From Lytechinus pictus (Eukaryota), in NCBI RefSeq assembly GCF_037042905.1, contig NC_087250.1, positions 7,876,001-7,940,000 of the forward strand: a stretch of DNA of 64,000 nucleotides, given 5' to 3'. Below the pieces are notes generated by a model that was not told where the DNA came from, ran no database searches, and was given only the letters and a program-made list of their open reading frames with translations. Position numbers and translations under genes: made by a program. Of this stretch, positions 48,401-59,400 are shown piece by piece (the first letter of the stretch is position 1; each line of letters opens with the position of its first letter).

Positions 48401-51400
48401 TGCAAAGCTTTTTTTTGGTTCTTTTTGTTAATTGCTACATATTTTGTTATATTTGTTCTTCATCTGAAAAACAGAAATTACAAGGCTAAATCTATTGGTA
48501 TCGGAGTGCCCCAGGGCTGTGTTCTGTCTTCTATGTTATTTACATATTACACTTATAATTGTATATTGCAGCAAAACCAGTTTTCAGGATTTTTTTTTTA
48601 TTTCAGGCCCTGATAACTTCCAATAACAGACCTTTTCAGGATTAATATTGCACATAACATATAGGGCCTTGACGTGGTCTGGTCCGAGTAAGATAAGGCT
48701 TAGATATTGATCACACGGTTGATTCTATGATTTATTGCAATGATTTTTTTTGTATGATTCAGCTTAAGATCAGCCCCATGATCAATTACTAAGTTACTTG
48801 AACAAAAGAACTCAATATGTATGTGTAAATAGTGTATCTTCTGAAATAAGACATAACACCTATGGTGTTCCTCAGGGATCAGTATTAGGTCCCTTATTAT
48901 TTTTGTTATTCATGAAAACCATTAGGGTCTTGCCTTCTTTTCACGCCCAGTCAGTGAGTAAAACACATGCAAGGCAATGGCTTCAGCCTCTAAGATGGCG
49001 GGACGATGACGTCAATGCACAAGGTCTACAATGTCGATGTTTCTATTGTATTTTCTAGCAAGCAGCTTCGCCGGGTGAAAACCGATGGCAGTATTGTCTA
49101 CATGAACGGCGATAGGACCAGTGCTGCGTCAAGTTCTACGACTTGTAACTGCGGCCATAAACATTTCTGGGATGGCGTGGAGTATGATAACCCTCCTAAA
49201 ATGTAAGTTTATTTCTTCATTTTCACGTGTAGTGAGAATTGTTTTAAAAACATTTCAAATTTCATTTAATGCTTTATGACATTGATTTTAAATGCATTTT
49301 GTAACAAAACATTTGTTGTTGGGTCAACCCTGCCTGTAATCGTTTTTTAATTCCATTTTAAGAACATCCCCCAAAATAAGTGGATTTGAATAAGAGGTTA
49401 TCAGCAATAACCTATCAACGATAAGGGAGCTAAGGAATTACTGATAAAATTATCTTACATTTGTGTGGGTGCATGAACATTTTCGTTTCAATATTCAACA
49501 AAAATTAAGATGAAAATAGATAGATTTTAGGAGCTTTTTAAATGCTTCAAATAAAAGTAAACAAGTAAACAAGTAACAAGTAAACAAGTAAAAGATTGAC
49601 AATTCTATAAATATCAGAACCTCTTTTTCTAACCCCCAAGATTCAAATTTCCTCTTGCTTGGAAGGGAGTGACTATCATAGCAAAGACAAAATATACATA
49701 TTGTCCTTGACCCTTTGTATGTTTGTCTTTTTTATAATATGTCTGAGATTCAAAGTTCCTCTTGTTTGGAAGGGAACTACTATCAAAGAGGACTTATACA
49801 TTTTGTCCATGCTCCTTTTTCTTAGTTTCTCTCTTTTTTGTCCATCTCTTAAATTCAAAGTTCCTCCCATTTGGAAGGGAATTACTATCAAAGAGGACTC
49901 ATGCATATTGTCTTTGCTCCTTTTCATGTATGCGTTTTTTTTTTTTTTCATCTTTCGTAGATTCAAAGTTCCTCTTGTTTGGAAGGGAAAGACGATAGAG
50001 GAGGAGGTCGTTTGGTTCCAGAACGAGCCGGATCCGTTCATGAACAGCAATGCATTCAAACTTGCAGAGTCTCTGGTCAATAAACATTATCCGGGAGAAT
50101 TCGGTAACGAACAACTCGTCCAGAAGGTGGTCGAATCCATACTACACAATGTAAGAAAAATTAACTTGTATGTATGGCACGGTGACACGACATTTGCTCC
50201 GGCGACAATTGCTCTGGGCTTTATTTCGTCTAAGATAGGGTTAGGGTTGCAATAGGGTTTTTTGTTAGGTTTAGGGTGGGGTACAAGTGTTAGTCCAGGG
50301 ATGAAGTTGGTCATTCCATTTGTGTGCGGAATTAACAGTGGAGCAATTGTCGCCAGAGCAAATGCCATGGGAACCGTACTTCACACCACAGAAATGGCTT
50401 TATGAAACTTGCTCTGGCGACAAATGCTCTATTGGAAAATCTGCACGTTAAGCCAAACACAAGCTCTAACCTCCAGAACTAAATAAACCCCAATTCTTAT
50501 CTTTACATTATTCTGAACAAAAAACTCTTTCACAATCCTAATATAATCCTAAGCGTCGTGGTGTAGCGGTTCTGACTGTCGCCTTGTAATCAGAGGGTCA
50601 TGTGTTCGAATCCCACCATGGCCTAGCGTCCTTTGGCAAGGCGTTAATCCACACTTTGCCGCTCTCCACCCAGGTGTTAAATGGGTACCCGGTAGGATGT
50701 GAAAGCCTATATGTAGTATGCCTAGCAATTGAGTCTTGGAACTCTTGTTGGAATGCTCCCCAGGGAGTGGAGAAGGTGCATACATTGTATGCGGGCATGC
50801 AAGGATCCGATGACCGGGGTTATAATATGTCTGTAAAGCGCTTATAGACGTCGAAGACCTGAGCATATGTCGCAGGAGCAAATGTCACGTCACCCGCAGT
50901 AATACTGTATGTCAATAAACGTTTCCATGGGGAACTTAGTAATGAACAATTCGTACAGAAGCTGGTAAAAGCAATACTACACAACGTACGAAAATTTAAC
51001 TTGAACGTACTTCACACATCAGAAATTTGTTATCGACACATAAATACCAGTTGGAACTAGGGCTGTTATCGATAATGTCTTTATCGATAGTCTCGTTGAT
51101 AATCGCTTGTTTTTGCCACTTAGCGATATCGATAACCTTTCTCTCTTTGTCGATAATACCCACTATTATGTAGGGGCACAGTGATTTTCCGCGATTTCAA
51201 GGAATTCACGGAAACGGCCCTTTGAAAGTGGCTTTTCGAACAGAAAATCACGAAAAAAACGTATTTTTCATCAAACTGCACAGAACAGCAACAGAAATTA
51301 CTCCAAAATCTCAACAAAATAACTAGCCACAAAACACAATCTCACCCCCACTTCGCTATTATTATAGCTAGTGTGTGACATCGCTATAATGCATAAAAAA

Positions 51401-53222
51401 TGTGTATTGATTATGTTCTTTTGTCGATAGTTATCGATATGGTTCAGATATTTTTAGCATGATTTCGACAGAGAATTTTCTCAACGATAACAGCCCTAGT
51501 TGGAACAGAATTGTTTATGGTGACTGAAATTTTTTTCCTCATTGAAGCCGGTACCAAATGATATGTCTGATTATGTAATAAATGCTCAAATGAAATCATT
51601 CTCAAGTTTCTCAAAAGCACTGTATTACCAATAAGAGAGCTGATTGCACCTGACGTCACAAAACCAAAACTTAAAAAAACTGTATCTGTGTTAATGTTAA
51701 GTTGATTTTAGCCAAATTTTCACTGCTATGTTATATTTTTCTGCTTTTATTAAAACCAACTTCCCAAGGGGGTTAACTTCCCATTTTAGGTCTGACGTTT
51801 CCGAGCGCACAGCATCCGTCTTAGAATTTTTAAGCAGAATCTATAAAAATGCCTGGGTTGCTTGACCAGATATTCTATGTGTATCATATAACTATGCCTT
51901 ATCTTTTTTTTTTGCTGAGAAATGAGCAAGATAAGCATGATTTTCAAAAAATGCCCGGTATTTTTCCACGCAATATTAATACACTGTCCCACATATGCCT
52001 TTTTGTGCTAGTTATCATCAGAATATCAGTTTTCAGCTAAGATTTCATATTTCATGAAGGTAAGCTGATGTCAATGTATTAGATCTATATCTATGATAAT
52101 ATGGTGTTAATTGACCTTGATTTTAAAGGCTTTTTCATGAAATAATTGTTTGCTGCAACTAATTTCTTTTACCTTTAACTCAAAATTGATTCCCCACAGA
52201 CTGCAAGCAGGGAGGCAGCCTACCAACCACCCTCACTGTCTGATATGCCTCGCCCGAGTACATCATCAACGGTAAAACCAGAGGAAGCTTCAAGTAGCTC
52301 TACTGAAAAGCCAGGTAACAATACTTCACTATAGAGTAGTACGGTTTTAAAGGAAACCAAATCCCAAGAAGAGAATCAATCTTATTATTGATAATAATAA
52401 TAGCTGGATTTATAAAGAGCGTTTTGCCTGAGGATACAAAGCGCTGCTATTGTTACCCCTGCTTTAGCTTGAGCTACCATCAACGGCGCTCAGTGCATGC
52501 AAGGAATTACTCCTGCGGGTACCCATTCACCTCACCTGGGTCGAGTGCAGCACAGTGTGGATAAATTTCTTGCTGAAGGAAAACACGCCGTGGCTGGGAT
52601 TCGAACCCACTACCCTCTGTTTCAAAGGCGAGAGTCAGAACCACTAGACCACGACGCACCCACAATATTAGAAAGAGTAAAATGAGAGGAACAATTTAAA
52701 ACAAGTTTCATCAAAATCGGTTTTGAAATAAGCAAGTTATGGACGTTTAGAAAGTCTTTGATTTGCTTTCTTTGTGGATTCTCATATTGGCAAACATCCT
52801 TCAGAATGACAGATATTGTGGTCAACTCTCCATTTGTTTTGTACACAATTTTTCAGATTTTCCCCTTTATCTTTCAAATTGCATCTTGCCTCCTTCTGAG
52901 CATAACATATATGTCATGGGAAAACATCATTTACATGGTGGTAATGATGATAATCATTGATATGAGGCTCTTACGTAACATTCCTCCCAACAGAAGGTGT
53001 GGAGAGTTTACCAATCGAAGGGAGAGACTCGCCGAGGAAGCAATTGGGGATGAAAAACAAGGAAGCATCTGTTGCAAGCTCTTCATCCATGAATTCACCA
53101 TCTAAGATTATCCTCTCCGGTGGGGTAAGTTCAATCCATTCATATTTTACTTTCATTAGTAGTAGTTTTAATAATAATATGATGATGATGATGATGATGA
53201 TGATAATAATAATAATAATTCA

Positions 53223-53259
<37 letters not shown>

Positions 53260-53270
53260 GATGATGATGA

Positions 53271-53346
<76 letters not shown>

Positions 53347-53383
53347 GCTACTACTGCTACTACTGCTACTACTGCTACTACTG

Positions 53384-53429
<46 letters not shown>

Positions 53430-56400
53430 TACTACTACTTTTGCTACTACTACTTTTGCTACTGCTACTACTACTGCTACTGCTACTGCTACTACTACTA
53501 CTGTTACTACTACTACTACTTTTTTTTCAAATTTCTCAAATTTCACCCAGGGTAGCCACTTCAGTATCTTGAAACTGATGATTTCCATTTGTATAGATGC
53601 CTTCTTATTTTATTATTATCATAAATATTATTATAATCGTTATTATTAATACATTATTATTACTATTTTTATCATTATTATTATCTGTATGTATAATGAT
53701 ATTATTGTTTTTATTATACATCATCGTTTTGGTGCAGAAATGCCCTATATGCAATGCACTTAATTTTTTTCTTGTGTGCCTGTGAAGCTTGAAGGTGAGG
53801 TGTTAAGGGCGTTCTTGCACCGACACAACATTATTGATATTATTATGATGATGGTTATTATGATTGCTTGGCATCATTTCCATTATTTCTTTATTATTTT
53901 TTTTTTGCAGTCAAAATCACTGCATAAGGAGGAACTGACGATGAGTGAAACGGAGAGAGCTCTCAGAAAGAAGATAGCGAAGAACGCTCCTCAAAATCAA
54001 CAAAAGAAATCCTTAGAACAGTTGGATCGATCCAACCAGTCGTCATCTTCGTCAGGGGTCGGGGAGATGAAGTTTGTTGCCATGGAGACCGTGTCGTCAA
54101 GGACAATAGAGCCCCCGAGTGATATACGGATCAAGCTTAGCTCCTCTGACGGGAAACACGTAAGTCATAGATGATGTATGATATTTGTATTCTGCTTTTT
54201 ATATAGCCCTTGATGCATTGCAAAGACGTCTCTGTACACAGAAACATTATTACAAAGGTTATTGGATCCTGGCTTGGCCGGATACAATGTATGCACTTTC
54301 TCCACCCCTTGAGGAGCAGTTCAAGAGTTTTCATATTCAATTTCTATGAATACTACAAAGGCATTCGTATCTGATTGGATTAAACACCTGGTGGCCGTTT
54401 CATAAAGCTGTTCGTAAGTTAAGAGCGACTTTAAGAACGACTGGTGAACCTTTTTTAGGCGCTTAATCATCGCCAATGAATATACCATTTACCACAAGAA
54501 AGGTTTACCAGTCGTTCTTAAAGTCGCTCGTAACTTACGAACAGCTTTATGAAACACACACTTGGGGGTCGTTTCATAAAGCTGTTCGTAAGTTAAGAGC
54601 AACTTTAAGAACGACTGGTGATCCTTTCTTGCGCGCAAAATCATCGCCAATCATGCAATGGTGTGTACCATTTACTACAAGAAAGGATCACCAGTCGTTC
54701 TTTAAGTCGCTCTTAACTTACGAACAGCTTTATGAAACACCCGCCTGGTTAGAAAGTGACAAAGTGTGCATTGATGCATTACCAAGGGACACTACATGTA
54801 TGCCGTGGTTGAATTAAATTTTCAATATTCGGCTACATTATTAATATTCTCCTTTTCTAAATACACTGGTCTTTGATGCATCAGTTACTTATTCTCAGCT
54901 TCAGACCCTGATCAAATATAAGTATCAATATTCAGCTACTATCTTATTCTACTTTTCAGACTACATATCTCTTGGATGTGTCAACTAGTTATTGTTAGCT
55001 CCGGACCCTTATAGACCAGTTCGTAGTTACTCATGGACAATTTTCGGTCAAATGACCTTTCATTTCTTTCATTATGATAGGCAGATTTCAAAGCAAAATA
55101 TTACGTAAGCTTGCCTTACATAGCAGGATGAAGAAATTGAATAGACCAGGTGGGTGTTTCATAAAGCTGTTCGTAAGATAAGAACGACTTTAAGAACGAC
55201 CGGTGATCCTTTATGTTGGTAAATGGTATACACCATAGGCGATGGTTTAGCGCGTACGAAAGGATCACCAGTCGTTCTTAAAGTCGCTCTTAACTCACGA
55301 ACAGCTTTATGAAACGGCCTCCTGGTGACTAGAATAGCACACCAATGAACACTTTATGAAGGTATTTGTTGCATTCCTACTTTGAATGCATATCATAGCA
55401 TGTTGCACAATGTACTTGGCAAACTGTGAAATACCAGTCGTTCGTGGACGCGTTGTTTTTTTTTGTGGATGTAAATGAAAACCACAATTCAAAAGAATAT
55501 ATGAATAATCAAGACATCAAAGTTGGTGCTTATCTCATTAGATTTTAAACCACCATGTCACTTTAGTACAAATGACCTTCCTCTGATCATGCGTTGAATC
55601 TTTTGATCATGCGCAGAAAGGAACTACGAACTGGCTTATTGAATTCAAATGTCAATATTCAACTACTTTCATATTCTGCCTTTCAGACTACACTGGTCCT
55701 GGCTGCATCAACTACTTATTCTCAGCTCCAGACCCTCATAGAATCTAAGTTGCACATTGCTTCAGCCAAGCAGAGGATCAAGTATGGCTTTCCCCCGAAA
55801 GAGCTTAGGGCGCCCCCTAGTGGTGAGGAAGGTAGTTCGCTGCCATTGAGGAATGGAGATAAAGTAACCGTTGAAGTCATACAGGATATTAGTAGAGGTA
55901 TTGTTAAACTTTTCATACGTTCAAATTCTTTTGTTTTATTTACTATTTTCTTTGAACTAGGGTTGGCATAGCAATGACATTTTGTTCTAGAATATATATT
56001 AAACCAATTTTGTTTTAAAGATTATTAAAAACGTTCTAAAGGTAAAAGAAAGTAGTTGCAGCAAACAATTATTTCCTGAGAAAGTCTTGTAAATCAAGAT
56101 GAATGTAACCATATTATCATATATCTAGAAGTGGTATATAAATAAAAACTTATCTTTGTGAAATCATAAAAACTTAGCTCAAAACCGATAGTGCTGTTGA
56201 TCACAAACACAGAAAAGCAGTGTGGGACAGTGTATTGATATTGCTTGGAAAAGTACCTGACTTTTGATGGAATTTCATGCTTATTATAGCTCATTTCTCA
56301 GCAATTACGCATTTTCTTCCAGAGCTATTTGGCACATAATTTTTATTAATAATAATATATACAAACACTTTGATGGCAATTTAATTGGATTCTGTTCAAA

Positions 56401-59400
56401 CTCATTTTGACATTATTCCCACAACTGGTATTTATCTTTAAACCAGAATGAGGGGGCATGGGTTAGTTAAAAAAAAAAACATGATAAGCTTGTGACCATT
56501 TGATATAGGCATTATGATAATGGAATATCACAGAAAATGACGAATAAAAATTGACCTTAATCATTTTGTGACTTTCTTATCATTTAGCTGATCCCCATTA
56601 CATGGCATCTGGAATAGCAGCTACCAAGCAAAAGAGGATCAGCGAACAAGGATTAAATCAAGGTGCTATTCTGAAAGAATTTCAGAAAGACATCAACAAG
56701 ATGCATGAGAGTGATGGTAAGCATCCATTTATCAATGGAAAAAAAGAATCATACTGAATGACAGGAATGCTATCAAAATAAGGAGTTCAGTTTATAAATA
56801 GAGTTGAATGACAGGAATGCAATCAAAATGAGGAGATCAGTTTATGAATAGAGACAGGAATGCAATCAAAATTATGAGTCCCGTTCATGAGTAGAGTTGA
56901 ATGACAGGAATGCAATCAAATTATGAGTCAAGTTTATGAGTATAGTTTAATGACAGGAATGCAATCAAAATTATGAGTCCCGTTTATGAATAGAGTTGAA
57001 TGACAGGAATGCTATCAAAATTATGACTCCAGTTTGTGAGTAGAGTTGAATGAACGGAATGCAATCAAAATTATGAGTCCATTTGAGAGATAGTGACGGT
57101 AAGCATCAGTTTATCCCTAGGGCCCTGATTCTGAAGTCAGGTTCAACCTAGACCACGGTCTAACCCTGTACTAAAATTATGGGGAGCCAAAATTTCAAAA
57201 ATTAAGTTTACATTGTATATTTCTTATGTTTAGGATTTGAGTCGAATGAAATTAATTGAATTGACAGTTTGAATCTTGTTTAATAAAAGGAATGCAATGT
57301 AAAATATGACTCGAGTTGAATGAAAAGATTATAATTTGTAATAGTCTGAGTCGAGTTGAATGAAAGAAATTCAATTGAAAATATGTAACTTGAAGCCTTG
57401 GCCTGCTACATGTATATGTTGAGTTGAATGAAATAGATGCAATTGAAAATATGAGTTGAGTTGCATGAAAGAAATTCAGTTGAAGATATGAGTTGAGTTG
57501 CATAAAAAGATATTCATTTGGAGATATAAGTTGAGTTGAAGGAAAGAAATGCAGTTGAAGATATGAGTTGAGTTGCATGACATGAAAATAGTTGAATTGA
57601 AGGAATTCAATTGAAAATATGCATTGAGTTGAGTGAAAAGAATTCCAATGAAATTTTGACTCGAGTTGAAATAGGGAAATAGGATTTGAGTTGAATGAAA
57701 TTAATTGAATTGATAGTTTGAATCTTATTTAATAAAAGGAATGCAATGTAAAATACGACTCGAGTTGAATGAAAGGAATTCAATCAAAAATATGTGACTT
57801 GAAGCCTTGGCCTGCTATATGTTGAGTTGAATGAAAGAGATGCAGTTGAAAATATGAGTCCAGTCTTATGATCAGAGTTGAATGAAATGAATTCAATTCT
57901 GAATATGGGTGGAGATGAATGAAAGGAATACACGTGAAATAGGAGTTGAGTTTAATGAAAGGAATGTAAAGTGAAAATAGGAGTCAAGTTGAATGAAATG
58001 AATTCAATTCGAAATATGTAATTTTTAAAATGGAAGGAATGCAATTGAGTGAGTGGAGTTGAATGAAAGGAATGCAATAATATCTACATGTATTTACACC
58101 CCTACAGAAAGCAATCTAGAGGTCCAACTGACTTCCCATACCCTGATGGCTGCATTGAATGGATTGGACCTGTGGAACTATTCAAAGAGGAAGCCTGAAC
58201 TATTCTCAAGAGGGGGGTTATTTTACAACATTGTTGAGAGGGACCTAGGTCTTGAAGATGGCAAACATTGCATGCTGCCCTCTATACCCAAGAAGGTAAT
58301 ATATTTATTGTTTTAAAAGAGTTACAGTTTTCTCCTTTTGAAGACCCTTTTGCAACTGGTTTCTAATTATACTGAATGAGCCGTTTCACTTGAGTTAATT
58401 ATCACACACTTTAAATTTGCAATACAAGGAAAATAACAAAATCACTGTTTTAAAATGAAAATTGGTAACTTTTTTTGTAAATTTATTATTTATCATTAGT
58501 TTTGAAATATCAATATTTCATTTTTTGGAAAAAGTATAAAAATGAATAGAAAATTAATGAGTTATTTAATTGGATTGATTTATGATTCATTATTGCTCTT
58601 GGAAGGCCACATGATGTCCAAGTTATTTACTTGTTAGTACTAAGTGTAACTGGTTTTCTCTGCATGTTAAAGTTCGAATCTGCGTCTATTTTGACACCAT
58701 AAGATATAGTAAATAGTACGATTAGATCAATCAATAGCTTTTTGTGGGCGTGTCATGGTCTAGTGGTTCTGACCCTCTGCTTTCAAACGGGATTTTGGGT
58801 TTGAATCCTGGCCATGGCGTGTTTTCCTTCAGCAAGAAATTTATCCATATTGTGTTGCACTCAACCCAGGTGAGGTGAATGGGTCCCAGCAGGATTAATT
58901 TCTTGAAATGCGCTGAGCGCAGATGATGGTAGCTCGCGCTAAAGCCTGGGTAATAATAGCAAGCGCTTTTTATCCTCAGGCAAAAAGCGCTATATAAATC
59001 CAGCTATTATTATATTATTATTCTAACATGTATTTCTTTCTATCTTGTGTTGGACAGAGATTCCGTTTCTCCCAACCCAATGATCGTCTGGAGCTCTGTC
59101 TAGAACCCCTAGGTCACTTCCCCGTCTCATCTGAGGTGGACGACCTTGAGAAGTTCAAGGACGTGGCCTTGGGTCAGAGGTCGTTGGAGATGAGCGAGAG
59201 TGAGGTCGACCTTGAGGCTTCGTCCAGTGGGTACGTTGCATTTGCTGGGAGGGGTCATTCGTTGAGCGTTGATGGAGGGGCTACAGTAGCTGATGGAGCT
59301 ACAGCTTCAAGGAAATATCCCAAGTTTGGTGGGGACTGTGAAGGCGATGGAAAGCAGGGTTTAGAGATGGCCATGGACCAAGTGCAATACGAGGAGAGTC

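Noticed and set aside
53125..53649. Poly-Thr/Val/Leu ORFs
   Set aside because: (ACT)n microsatellite in intron 10; only 52994-53124 is coding
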